Shown one piece after another: positions 40,301 through 53,668 of a stretch of 64,000 nucleotides of DNA. How positions within the stretch are numbered: the stretch's first letter is position 1; each line of letters starts with the position of its first letter. A program made the translations under genes and the position numbers. The notes beneath the pieces were generated by a model, which was given only the letters and a program-made list of their open reading frames with translations, was not told the origin of the DNA and did not search any database. Source of the stretch: Octopus vulgaris (Eukaryota); contig OX597824.1 in the NCBI GenBank assembly GCA_951406725.2, positions 20,956,001 to 21,020,000 on the forward strand, read 5' to 3'.

Positions 40301-41275
40301 ATATGCAACAAGTATGACTAGAGTACATAATAAAAAAAAAAGTCTGTCTTCTTGTGACTAAAAATAGTTTTTAATTTTGTGTGAACAAAAAAATGAGGAT
40401 TAAAACTAGGACAGAACTTTATTATATAATAATGTTGTTAATATTGGGTTTGTGCATATTTATTGTGGATTTTTTTCAACAAAAACAACATGTAACAAAA
40501 ACATCTTTAAATGATTATTCTGGAGCATATTCATCATCTACTTCAATTACTGCTTCCCTAATTTGCTTGGCAGACGGTCAGACTGTCATTTAAAGATGTT
40601 TTTGTTAAGTATTGTTATTGTTTCAGCTGAATAAAATTTGTTGAAAAAAGCCGCAATAATTATGCACCAACCCAATAGTTTCAAATTTTGGCACAAAGCC
40701 AGCAATGTCTGGGAAAGGGGCAGGTCCAGTGTCTGACTGGTGTTTATCTTACTGACCCTGAAAAGATGAAAGGCAAAGTCGATCTCAGCAGAATTTGAAT
40801 TTCAAACGTTAAGGACAGACAAAATGCTCATTGGCTAACGATGCTTAGCAGTATTTCATCTGCCGTTAGGTTCTAAGTTCAAATTCGGCCAAGGTCGACT
40901 TCGCCTTTCATCCTTTCGGGGTTGATTAAATAAGTACCAGTTATGCACTGGGGTCAATCTAATTGACTTAATTCCTTTGTCTGTTCTCGTTTGTCCCCTC
41001 TATGTTTAGCCCCCACCCCACCCCCGCGGGCAATAAAGAAATAAATAATAATAATAATGGTTTCAAATTTTGGCACATGGCCAGCAAGTTTGAGGGAGAG
41101 GATAAATTGATTACACTGACCCCCAGGGCTCAACTGGTACTTATTTTATAGATTCCGAAAGAATGAACGGCAAAGTCAACTTTGGTGGAATTTGAACTCA
41201 AACTGTAAAGACAGATGAAATACTGCTAAGCACTTTACCCGGCATATTAATGATTCCACCAGCTTGATGCCATAA
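37370..41275. mobile_element. Cluster of family-B SINEs in (ATT)n/(TAA)n context (for example 38655-38882+, 39098-39312+, 40840-41045+, 41058-41272-)
   Basis: Repeated GAGTTCAAATT...CTTTCATCCTTT...GATAAA...TACCAG blocks of varying divergence. Confidence 0.8.
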
Positions 41276-41783
41276 TAATAATAATAATAATAACAACTTT
41301 TTGGGCCACAAGGGCTAACATAAATCAAAACATTGAAGGACAACACGAGACAAAGGTCCGCATAAACATTTCATAACAAAATTAAAAAATGTAATAAGTA
41401 GAACTCCCAATAGGAGGCGGCACTTTAAAGGTTACTCATGGAAAAACCCATAAAAGCCACAAGTGTCTGGTTAACAGGGCAAGAGCTTTTTCTCTTTTTA
41501 AACCTTTTGTTTTTTGCAGGTGTAATCTCAGAATTGGTCCATCCATACTGGCCATTTTCCCAACATCCACCCATTATAATAATAATAAAGTGAAAAAATA
41601 AAAATGACAAAAGAATGTTGAAATTGACTATATGAATGCTTCAACTGAAAGATTTAGGTTATGTCCACTCATTCACAAATTAATGCTTAAGCTGGTAGAA
41701 ATGTTAGCATGTCAGACAAAATATTTTACATGTCTCCCAGCTCTTTACATTTTGAATTCAAATGTCAGTGAGGTCAACTTTAC

Positions 41784-42383
41784 CTATTTCTTTACTACCC
41801 ACAAGGGGTTAAACACAGAAGGGACAAACAAGGACAGACAAACGGATTAAGTCGATTACATCGACCCCAGTGCGTAACTGGTACTTAATTTATCGACCCT
41901 GAAAGGATGAAAGGCAAAGTTGACCTCAGCAGAATTTGAACTCAGAATGTAACGGCAGACGAAATATCTATTTCTTTACTACCCACAAGGGGCTAAACAC
42001 AGAGAGGACAAACAAGGACAGACAAACGGATTAAGTCAATTACATCGACCCCAGTGCGTAACTGGTACTTAATTTATCGACCCTGAAAGGATGAAAGGCA
42101 AAGTCGACCTCGGCAGAATTTGAACTCAGAACGTAACGGCAGACGAAATACTTATTTCTTTACTACCCACAAGGGGCTAAACACAGAGAGGACAAACAAG
42201 GACAGACAAACGGATTAAGTCGATTATATCGACCCTAGTGTGTAACTGGTACTTATTTAATCGACCCCGAAAGGATGAAAGGCAAAGTCGACCTCGGCAG
42301 AATTTGAACTCAAAACGTAGCGGCAGACGAAATACCACTAAGCATTTCGCCCGGCGTGCTAACGATTCTGCCAGTTTGCCGTC
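41784..42383 (-). mobile_element. Family-B SINE trimer (184-bp period) with 13-bp TSD
   Basis: Units start at 41785, 41969 and 42153. TSD aggtcaactttac at 41771-41783 and 42384-42396. Confidence 0.9.
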
Positions 42384-42756
42384 AGGTCAACTTTACATTT
42401 CACCCTTTCAGGTTTGATAAAGCAATGTGTCTGTAATCAACCAACCCCACCCTTAAACCTGCTGGCCTTGTGCCAGAAATTTGGAATTTTTTATCATTAT
42501 TATTATTATTATTATGATAGTGAGCTTTTCCTCTTCAGTTTTATTGCCTTTTCTTGTTGAGTGTCTTCCCAACACTCAGGGCACAGAAACTCACTGTATA
42601 CATTGATAGGCTATTAAAATAAACACACCAGATTGTTCATTTACAAAGTGAAGTTGGTGGTGGTGGAGTGGGGCAAGAAAAATGTAAAAAAAAGATTACA
42701 TGGGTCGTAATTGTTCTCACAGCAACAATGCTCTTCTCAATAAGAATGAGTGAGAT

Positions 42757-43167
42757 GACTCTTTTACTTGTTTCAGTCATTTGCCTGTGGCCATGCTGGA
42801 GCACCGCATTTAGTCGATCAAATTGACCCCAGGACTTATTCTTTGTAAGCCTAGTACTTATACTACTGGTCTCTTTTGCTGAACTGCTAAGTTACGGGGG
42901 ATGTAAACACACCAGTATCGGTTGTCAAGCAATGTTGTTGGGGACAAATACAGGCACACAAACACACACATATATATATATATATACACACACATACATA
43001 TATATGATGGGCTTCTTTCAGTTTCCGTCTACCAAATCCACTCACAAGGCTTTGGTCAGCCGAGGCTACAGTAGAAGACACTTGCCCAAGGTGCCACGCA
43101 GTGGAACTGAACCCGGAACTAAGTGGATCATAAGCAAGCTACTTACCACACAGCCACTCCTGCCTAT
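42757..43167 (-). mobile_element. Family-A SINE
   Basis: Full-length copy. More diverged minus-strand copies occur at about 44620-44764, 45005-45368 and 45390-45762. Confidence 0.9.
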
Positions 43168-46100
43168 GAGGATGAAGATTTTAAAATGGAAATGAGTAGC
43201 ATACAAGGAGAGATGGAATCGTGAAATATTAGACCTCAATTGTTAATTCTTAACAAACTTGTTATAATATACAAACGTAACGTTGATTCAACATTGGTTA
43301 TAGAATCTGGGGCCTGCTAATCAAAGAAGATTCTTCCACATGTCTTCTTAATTTGGTTCTACTTTCCTTAGATACCGAAATTGCAAATGATGCTGTTTTT
43401 GTTTTGTTTTAATATGGATAATGTTTCAACCACGTGAAACATTATCTATGGAGGTTGTGAAATAAAAATCCACTATTAACTCTCCAATGATGTTAGATAA
43501 TAACATTTTACTGGCCTTCTAAGAGAAAAATTAATTAAAAGATAATACAGGAAAAGAAAAGAAAAAAAAGAAGATAAGCTTAATCCAAGATTATCAAGCC
43601 TCACTAATCTCTTCAGAATAAAAATAAGCTAAATGAGAATAGTAAAAGCAAAATTCATGGATATTCATAAATAGGTGCAGGCATCAGATATCAACCTTAT
43701 GGTTTTGGGTTCAACCCCCACCTGTGGTACCTTGGGGAAGTATCTGCCACTGCAGCACCAAACCAATGCCTACTAAGTGAATCCAGTAGGCAGAAACTGT
43801 GTGTGTGTATGTGAGAAAGAGAGAGAAGAATGTTAAATTGAGGTTATTATTTTAAAGTAAATTTTGAATTTTGAAAAAAACCATAAAAACCACCATAAAT
43901 GTTTTTATGTTCAGTTCAATGCATTAAAGTTAGTTTTGCTGACTTAAAATCATCTTGGGTGTACAGGTTTCATTGAGGGTGGGAATTAGATTTTTATGGT
44001 TGGTTGTTATGGAAAAGTGTTTTTGAAAAATTTTGATTGACTAAATTTGAGGTTGTTGTTATTGTTTAAAATTCATTCATGCATGTAGAAGTTTGTTAAC
44101 AAGATTGTGGGTGTTTCTCTTTTGTTAGGTAGACACCAGGTGTGACTATTTTTGTTGCTTTTGGTATTATTGGATTTAATCAAAGGTACAAAGTCAAGTA
44201 TTTAAGCCCTGAGTAATTGGGTGTGTCTACTTTTCTTCACAAAACAATGAAGGAGTATGATAAGGGTGGGTCTCATTTTTACTAGTTGTTGTCATTTAGG
44301 GTATTTCCAGCTGTCATATGTAAGGTTGGTGTTATTAGTCAGGTATGTCATGGATTTGTTAGTACAGAATATAGTTTCTCTTGTACTTTGATGTTCACAA
44401 AGGTATTTGAGCAAAGGTTGTATGCTTACGTGTTTCTCTCTAAGTGATTGGCTGTTCTATAAGGGTAATATAACATGTGGGTGAAGATTAACGGGAACCT
44501 TGTATTGATCTTATGCAGAGAGGAGTTCCACATGCATGTCCTGCCCTGGAAATGTACCCTATTGTAGAATAACAGGTGGTAGCCAAAGAATGACTCAAGA
44601 GCTCTTAGATGCATGTTACAGGCTTCTTTCAGTTTTCATCTATCAAATCCACTCGCAAGCTTTAGTTGGCCCGAGGCTATAGTAGAAGACACTTGCCCAA
44701 AGTACCACACGGTGGGACTGAACCCAGAACCATGTGGTTGGGAAGCAAGCTTCTTACCACACAGTTCAACTCTGCCATGTGACACTTTGGGCAAAAATGA
44801 GTTGTACCTGTATTTGAAAGGGCCAACCTTGTCAAATTCTGTGTCATGCTGAATCTCCCTGAGAACTACATTAAGGGTATGTGTCTGTGGAGTACTCAGC
44901 CACATGCACATTAATTTCACAAGTAGGTTGTCGCATTGATCAGATCAACTGGAACCCTCATCATCGTAACCGACGGAGTGTCAGTTATTGTTAAGAAATA
45001 CCATTTACCTGTTTCAGTCATTTAACTGTGGCCATGCTGGGGCACAACCCTAAAGTGGTTTAGTCAAACAAATCAACTGCAGGATTCTTTTTTTCCCTTT
45101 ATAAGCCCAGCACTTATTCTATCGGTCTCTTTTGCAGAACCGGTAAGTTACAGGGACGTAAATAAACCAACACCCATCATCAAGCGGTGGTGGGGGACAA
45201 ACACAGATACAAAAACACACACGTGGACTTCTTTCAGTTTCCATCAACCAAATCAACTCACAAAGGCTATATCAGAAGACACTTGCCCAAGGTTCCACGC
45301 AGTGAGACTGAACCCGGGGCCATGTGGTTGGGAAGCAAGTTTCTTACCGACAACCACGCCTACACCTATATATGTATACATTTATGTTTTACTTAGTCAT
45401 TGGACTGTGGTCATGCTGGGGCACCACATTGAAGGTTTTTAGTTGAACAAACTGACTCCTGTATTTATGTTCTTTGAAGTGTGGTAGTCATTCTAACACT
45501 CACTTTTGCTAAACTGCTAGAGTTATGGGGATGTAAGCAAACCAACATTGGCTGCCAAATGCTGGGGATGTGCAACAAAGACATCACACACACATAGACA
45601 GGCTTCCATACAGTTTCCATCGACCAAGCTCACTCACAAAGCATTGGTTGACGCAGGGCCATAGTAGAAGACTCTTGCCCAAGGTGTTGCATAGTGGGGT
45701 TTGAACCCAAAACCACATGGTTGCAAAGTGAGCTACTTAATTACATAATCATAGCTGTGCCTACATTATGTTAATCTATATTTGACAAACATCATCGATT
45801 TTTCTTTTTTGTTTAGTTGTATGTGTGGGTGTATATGCAATTATATTAGTGTTTATATCAAGTTGTATATAAAAACAAATTAACATGAAACTGAAAGGTT
45901 ATTCAATAATTTTTAGTAGAACACAGAATTATCAACTTCTATAAGGAAACGGTCGAGATTGACAGTGACTTCAAAGTTTTCACTTGCACGCTTGATCAGG
46001 CTGTCAACCTCAGCCCTTTCTTTGTAAGAGTGTGTATGTGTATGTACGTATCATATATATATACACACACACACATACATACATATTGGTTTGGTAATAT

Positions 46101-46226
46101 AAACAAGAAAAATATAACTCAACAGTGTGTGTGTGTGTATGTTTATTTTTATTTCAATCTGCAGAAGTTACAAAGTGATTCAAAGGCTAAGAGTTTAATG
46201 CGTGTTTGGTAAGCAAGTTCCACATA

Positions 46227-46621
46227 TAGGCGTAGGAGTGGCTGTGTGGTAAGTAGCTTGCTTACCAACCACATGGTTCCGGGTTCAGTCCCACTGCGTG
46301 GCACCTTGGACAAGTGTCTTCTACTATAGCCTTGGACCGCCCAAAGCCTTGTGAGTGGATTTGGTAGACGGAAACTGAAAGAAGCCCGTCGTATATATAT
46401 ATATAAGCGTGTGTGTGTTTGTGTGTCTGTGTTTGTCCCCCTAGCATTTCTTGACAACCAATGCTGGTATGTTTATGTCCCCGTTACTTAGCAGTTCGGC
46501 AAAAGAGTCCGATAGAATAAGTACTGGGCTTACAAAAGAATAAGTCCCGGGGTCGAGTTGCTCGATTAAAGGCGGTGCTCCAGCATGGCTGCAGTCAAAT
46601 GACTGAAACAAGTAAAAGAGT
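46227..46621 (+). mobile_element. Family-A SINE, full length
   Basis: GGCGTAGGAGTGGCTGTGTGG...CTGAAACAAGTAAAAGAG. Confidence 0.92.
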
Positions 46622-48873
46622 ATATGAAACTTTCAGCCTTTGAGTCACTTTTTTCTACTGATTAAAACTAAACAGGACTGAATGTACAACATACGTACGT
46701 AGGTGAGCATACATGTATTCAATCTTATTCTGCCTCCTGGAATTGGATATACATGCCAAAGAAATTTTAAGCAAAGAGAAAATTGCCAATACAACGATAC
46801 ACATGAGAGAAGATAATGTGAGAAGCCACCAAATGTAATTTTCAGATGACCTGTTTTGCTTTGTGAAAAAAACTTATAAAACATAATGCAGAATGGAAGA
46901 GACATGTTAGCCATTCAAAAACACACAAAGACCGTTAATGTCACTAAAAAATTTATTGTTTGTTATGTGGTGTCAGCATTCTTGTCATTTGAAACTGTGA
47001 TTTTGACACCACATTACAAACAATGAATGTTTAAGTGAAGCTTACATTTCTAAATGGATAATGTTTTCTCTTCCATACAGCAATTCGTTTTAGTTTCAAC
47101 ACAGTCTCAGATCAGAAGACTTGCCATACAAGTACATCTCCGTGATACAAATATGTACATTAAAATAATAAATAAACATTTTGATTTCTTTAGAAGAATG
47201 TGATCAGTCAACAAATATTTCTGACAGAAAAAAGCTAGTTGTTTTTTTTGTTGTTTTTTTAATATGTTATGATGCATGCACAACCTGAAAATTATTGAAA
47301 AGAGGAAAATATCTTAAGAATTCAATCAAGCCATCAAATAAGTTTTAAACCACCATAAACCATGGCCCCTCTAACAATTTCAACCATATGAGAATGAATT
47401 ACAACTCAATAATTTAATAATAAAACTCTAAGATACAAAAGATTCACAGACAGTAAGCCTATCAAGCAATGATTCTCATCATCAGCTGCCTAATGGATAT
47501 CACTATGGTTTTGACACCTTGGCATAACCATTTGGTCTGGCTTCTTTCAGTTCCTGTCTACCAAATCCAAGGCTGTATTGGAAGACACTTGCCCAAGGCA
47601 CCACACAGAGGAAGTGAGCCTGAAACCATGCGGTTAGGAAGTGAACTTATTAACCACACAGCTCAGCTGGCACCTCATACATACACACACACATTTCTTT
47701 TATTCTTTTGTTTGTTTCAGTTATTGGACTGCAGCCATGTTGGGGCCACTACTGTGAAGGGCTTAGTTGATCACTCCAGCCTGCTCTTTATTCCATTGGT
47801 CTCTTTTTCTGAACTGCTAAGTTAAATGTACATGAGCAAACCAACACTGACTATCGAGTTGGGGTGTTGGGCATGGTTTGAGTTGACCAACTTCATTCAC
47901 AGGATACTGGTCACCTCGCGGTCTTACAAGAAGACACTCATCCAAGGCGTCATACAACAGGAGTGAACCAGAAACCATGTGGTTGCAAAGAAAACTTCTT
48001 AACCACATGGCCACCACACACACACACACAGTATTCAACAAAGTATATCAGCAAAGGTTTTAACCATCATCATCATCATCGTTTAACGTCTGCTTTCCAT
48101 GCTAGCATGGGTTGGGCGATTTTGACTGAGGGCTGGCGAACCAGATGGCTGCACCAGGCTCCAGTCTTGATCTGGCAGAGTTTCTACAGCTGGATGCCCT
48201 TCCTAACACCAACCACTGCGAGAGTGTAGTGGGTGCTTTTTATGTGCCACCGGCATGGGGCCAATCAGGCGGCACTAGCAACGACCTCGCTCGAATCTTT
48301 TTAAAACATAAGTAAAAAAATTGAAGAACTAGTAGCACCCTTCTGAACACTCATTGTTAGGAGCCCAGGATAGCATGATTGGCTTATTGGAAATCTTTAA
48401 CCAATGACATATTTCCTAAACTGTAATAAAATAATTAAATATTAGCCTTTCTTTTAGTATACAATTAGAATTTGCCTCTATCAAGACTAACGAATGTATG
48501 TGTGTGTGTGTGTGTGTTTATAGCTTTGTTTCTTTGTACTGGCATTGTTCAGCTGGCAGAGACAATGTTTATGTTCCTTGTAAACACAAAGGTTCAAAAG
48601 CTCAGTAGTTCATATGAAGTTGTGGAATAAAAGATGTGCTTCAAAACAAGAACTGAAGTCAGGAAGAGTATAAGATCACAAACTATTGCCTTCTCTAGTT
48701 TAGTCCGTCTCATGCCAGTATGGAATAAAATATGCAGCTGTTATATACTTTTGGACCTTGGGGGAGAAAAGTTTTTTTTAATTATTCAGAATAAATATAC
48801 TATATGCCAAAGTAAAGGACCAGTGTTAATGAGAGCAACTAGATAAAAATCTATACCTATGTAAAACCACAGA

Positions 48874-49268
48874 GACTCTTTTACTTATTTCAGTCATTCG
48901 ACTGCGACTATGCTGGAGAACCGCCTTTAATCGAGCAAATTGACCCCCAGGACTTATTCTTTGGAAGCCTAGTACTTATTCTATCGGTCTCTTTTGCCGA
49001 ACCGCTAAGTTACGGGGATGTAAACACACCGCCATCGGTTGTCAAGCAATGTTGGGGGACAAACACAGACACACAAACATATACACACACACACACATAT
49101 ATACGACGGGCTTCTTTCAGTTTCCGTCTACCAAATCCACTCAGAAGGCTTTGGTTGGCCCGAGGCTATAGTAGAAGACACTTGCCCAAGATGCCACGCA
49201 GTGGGACAGAACCTGGAACCATGTGGTTGGTAAGCAAGCTACTTACCACACAGCCACTCCTGCACCTA
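48874..49268 (-). mobile_element. Family-A SINE, full length
   Basis: Same consensus on the minus strand. Confidence 0.92.
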
Positions 49269-50092
49269 TTTATACTTCAGTAAGTAGGCAAGTGTGGGCT
49301 TGCTTTCCAACCACAGGACTTCTGTTTTGTCTTACTAAGAGGCATCTAAGTCAAGTGTCTTCTAATATCATTCTGAGCTGACCAAAGCTGTGTGTGTGTG
49401 TGTGTGTTTGTTTACATCTGCGTTCAACAAAAGCAATGAGCATTGTTGTTGCCATGTCTCCTGTCAAGAAATTATCCACTCCTTTGAAGATTTGTGAAAT
49501 AAAAGATCCTTTACTTGAAAATTAGGTAAGGGTTAGTGACAGGAAGGGCATGAGACTGTAAAGCAATGCCTCAATAATACATTTGTCTAGCCCATTCTAG
49601 CATGGAAAAGGAGATGTGAAATGGACAAACAAAACCAGCAAACTATATGATCCTCAGTATTAAAAAAAAACTGCTTCACTGAATTTTCAGACTAATAAAA
49701 AACATAGTACTAATAGCATTCAGTATATCTTAACGCGGATATACAATAGAAAGCCACAAAACTGTGGTATTTGTCTAAAGAAAGCATCTTGTATAGACAT
49801 CTAGTTCTAAAAAACATAGAAGAATATCAATAACAGATGAAAATCATTCAGCAGTGATACTGTTTGAAAAGAACGCTTCTTCCATTGCCAGTAATGAACC
49901 GTACTAATAGTTCCAGAAAGAAAAAAAAAACCCATTAAATGGTGGAGTGCAAATCAAAGAAAAAAAAATGTAATTGCAGTAGAAAGGGGTGTGTATAGGT
50001 TGTTAGGTCTGTAGTCAACTGGTGTCCGTGCAGCTGAAAGAAAGTATTGCTCTGTGGTGTCAGGAATAGCAGATAAATTCAAATACACTTAC

Positions 50093-50213
50093 GACAAATT
50101 CAGGCCAGTTCATAGACATTCCAGCACCATAAATATTAGACCACCACCTTAAATCTTTCTCACAGTCTCCACAATTTATCTCTTGATAAAACTGACGATA
50201 TATTTCAGCAAAT
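50093..50213 (-). CDS. PACSIN: PACSIN exon, end of F-BAR (FAEIYRQFYQEINCGDCEKDLRWWSNIYGAGMSMNWPEFV)
   Basis: DL.WW...G.GM.MNWP.F motif. Boundaries atttcag| and GTC|gtaagt. 121 nt, phase 2 to 0. Confidence 0.95.
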
Positions 50214-50473
50214 CTGAAATTTGAAGAACAATAAATAAATACACAGGATTCTTAAAATTCTTTTTGGATTCTGTATTAGAAAAATCGAATGTTCTGTAAA
50301 TAAAGCTGTCCTGTTTTTTTACATAAGGTTAATGCCACCATATTTAATGAAAAATATCTAATCAATAATACTCCTGCAATGTGAAGAAATATTAGTTTAA
50401 CCCATAAAGTGCTGGGATTTGCCCTTACATAGCATGGACTGCTGAGCACATTTTATGAAAATGAGACTACCAT

Positions 50474-50717
50474 ACTCTTTTACTCGTTTCAGTCATTTGA
50501 CTGTGGCCATGCTGGAGCACCGCCTTTAGCCAAGCAAACCGACCCCAGGACTTACTCTTTGTAAGCCTAGTCAGTCTCTTCTGCCGAACTGCTAAGTTAC
50601 GGGGACGTAAACACACCACCATCGGTTGTCAAGCGATGTTGGAGGAACAAACACAGACACACAAACATATATATATGTATGTGTGTGTATATGTTTGTGT
50701 GTCTGTGTTTGTTCCTC

Positions 50718-50758
<41 letters not shown>

Positions 50759-50917
50759 GCTTCTTTCAGTTTCTGTCTACCAAATCCACTCACAAGAATT
50801 TGGTCGGCCCGAGGCTGTAGTAGAGGACACTTGCCCAAGGTGCCATGTAGTGGGACTGAACCTGGAACCATGTGGTCGGTAAGCAAGCTACTTACCACAC
50901 AGCCACTCCTATGCCTA
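50474..50917 (-). mobile_element. Family-A SINE with an internal foldback inversion (50636-50723)
   Basis: Consensus copy plus a 36-bp inverted duplication at the TA tract. Confidence 0.9.
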
Positions 50918-51415
50918 TGCACACATAAAAAACAAAAAATAGTTAAAATATCTTCTTAGTATATAATGGTGGCAAGTTTTACATCATCTGAAAAGTCAGT
51001 TGAACTATCTCTTGACAGGCATTTCAAAAAACGCCCATAAATTAAATGCATCTATCTGGGCCACGATCGTGGCCTGTTGACCTGTGGCTGGCTAAGCAAA
51101 AGACTGCACCAGGCCTCACTGTCTGCTTCGGTAGGGTTTTTACAGCTGAATGCCCTTCCTAATGCCAACCACCTTACAGAGTGGTTGGTGTTAGGAAATT
51201 TTTCTAATAATATCTGTGAGTGAATTTCAAGATATTTAAAATCATGACCTTAGATGAAGATTTAAAATTAAAGCATTCGAAAGTAATTGTGTTGTATTTA
51301 AAAAAGTTAAATTTTACAAACCACTAGCCTATCTTTCTTTTTATAAGCTTATTCTGTGTCATTAATTCAGCTGAAATGTGAGCAAATTTACTTGACAGAT
51401 AATTTAATAATTTAC

Positions 51416-51516
51416 CGTTGGTTCTGTGAAAGATCCAAGCATTGATGAATTTCAAATAACATCTGTTTAAAAAATGTTAATCTTCTTCGTTCCATTTCTT
51501 GACATTCATTAAAAAC
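51416..51516 (-). CDS. PACSIN: PACSIN exon (VFNECQEMERRRLTFFKQMLFEIHQCLDLSQNQR)
   Basis: VF..CQ..E..RL.FF motif. Boundaries tatttcag| and CG|gtaaat. 101 nt, phase 0 to 2. Confidence 0.93.
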
Positions 51517-53438
51517 CTGAAATAAAGAAAAGATTTGTTTTTTTTTAAAAATTAAATAATTCAAAAAAACAATGATGGAAGTTATTTTACAACGACCAAT
51601 ATAGGCACAGGTACTGTTGTGTGGTTAAAGGGTTTGCTCCCCAACCATATAGTTTCAAGAAAATGGATCTAGTAAGCAAAAACTGAAAGAAACTCATATA
51701 TACACATATGAAGGGGAGTTGAAAAGTTCCAGGCTTTTAGGATAAAACGAAAGGCCTGGTTGGAGGCCCAACATTCTGAGTTCTTTTACAGGGCTTAGAA
51801 AAATTAAAGGACTGCTGCAATAAGCGTGTGAATCTGGGAGAGGAATATCATCATCACCATTTAACGTCTGTTTTCCATGCTAGCATGGGTTGGACGGTTC
51901 GACTGGGGTCTGGTAAGCCATGGAGGCACGGGTGTTTTAACTACAATTTCCATTTGATTGTTATCTGGCATCTGCCACATTCGGACGGTGCTTTTTACGT
52001 GTCACTGGCACGGGTGTCTTAACTACAATTTCCATTTGATTTTTATTTTGATGTTGACGTACTTGACTCAATAGGTCTCCTCAAGAACAGCGGGTCACTC
52101 TATGATCCAAGGTTGGCACAGCAGGCCGTCCTGCGAGCCATGAACTCACTTCATTTGTCGGGTCTTCACAGTCACAGCATATCTCAGGGGTCTCGATCTT
52201 CATCATTTCCTCTGTGAGGCCCTACGTGCCACCGGCACGGGTATCACAACTACAAAATCCATGTTGAATAAAATTGTAATTAACTGATTCCCCTGTATTT
52301 TTTTTTACTAAAAGCCAGGAACTTTCCAGCATCTCTTTGTGTATACATACATACACACACACATATGAGTATATATGGGGGGGGGGGACACAAACACACA
52401 CACATATACATATATACGATGGGCTTCTTTCAGTTTCCGTCTACCAAATCCACTCACAAGGCTTTGGTCGGCCCGAGGCTATAGTAGAAGACACTTGCCC
52501 AAGATGCCACGCAGTGGGACTGAACCCGGAACCATGTAGTTGGTAAGCAAGCTACTTACCACACAACAATGGCATTGCAGTGTAGGCATGAGAGGCTGGA
52601 TCTGGCCATTATGAACATAAAACAAATAGAATATTTGGGCCAGATATGCCCAGTTTTAAAGCTAAAGGGTTAAATAAGCGACCAATCAAAGGCAAAAACT
52701 AGTGAAGACAACTGAACCAGAAGGAAACCTAATTGCTGTGATGCTACATGAAGAGCAAAGACTTGTCACCACCACCACCATCACCACCACTATTTTAACT
52801 GTTCTATTCTGGTATGAACTGGACAAATATGCAAAATTCTGTCTTCTCAGACCAGATCTTACTACTTTTTTTCACAAATATTCTTGTGTACTCATATCTA
52901 ATTTTCTCAAGAACACAACTTGTTTCTCAAGTTCTCATTCCATAAGAACGAACCATATTCAAAGTGTTTCTTTTCCAATCGTTATAAAGGCTTATCTCTA
53001 TATTTCTGTATTGCATATGCTTTACTACCATACCAGAAAAAAACAAAAATAAAAAATAAATAAAAGGTTGTGGTAGTAGGGGCTAGACTTCTTATCTGAA
53101 TGTCTGCACGGATATGGGAACTTTTAGATGTAAATAGTTCCCTCAATATCTTCTCTTTCCTGAGATTCCTCACCATCAAGAACAACTGCCTGCACTGTGC
53201 TATCACTAATAACCTGTTTTACCAAAATTATGTCAGCTATCTAAGTCAGAAGATGGATGAATCAGTATCTGCCACAACTACGATTTCACTCGGCTTCATG
53301 GGGATTCCTTCTCAAGCACAGCATTTTGCCAACAGTCTCAGTCATTTGTTATTGCTTCTGTGTGGCATATCTTGTTATATACATTTTAGCACTTTGCTCC
53401 CTGGGTTCAAACCATGCCATGGTAAGCTTTACCTTTCA

Positions 53439-53668
53439 GGCGGCGAGCTGGCAGAAACGTTAGCACGCCGGGCAAAATGCGTAGCCGTACTTCATCTGTC
53501 ATTACGTTCTGAGTTCAAATTCCGCCGAGGTTGACTTGCCTTTCATCCTTTCGGGGTCGATAAGTTAAGTACCAGTTATGCACTGGGGTTGATGTAATCG
53601 ACTTAATCCATTTGTCTGTCCTTGTTTGTCCCCTCTGTGTTTAGCCCCTTGTAGGTAGTAAAGAAATA
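53439..53668 (+). mobile_element. Young family-B SINE with 18-bp TSD
   Basis: Flanked by ggtaagctttacctttca at 53421-53438 and 53669-53686. Confidence 0.9.

Noticed and set aside
46227-46305. tRNA gene calls at SINE heads
   Set aside because: A/B-box heads continue directly into SINE bodies, with no proper cloverleaf or terminator.
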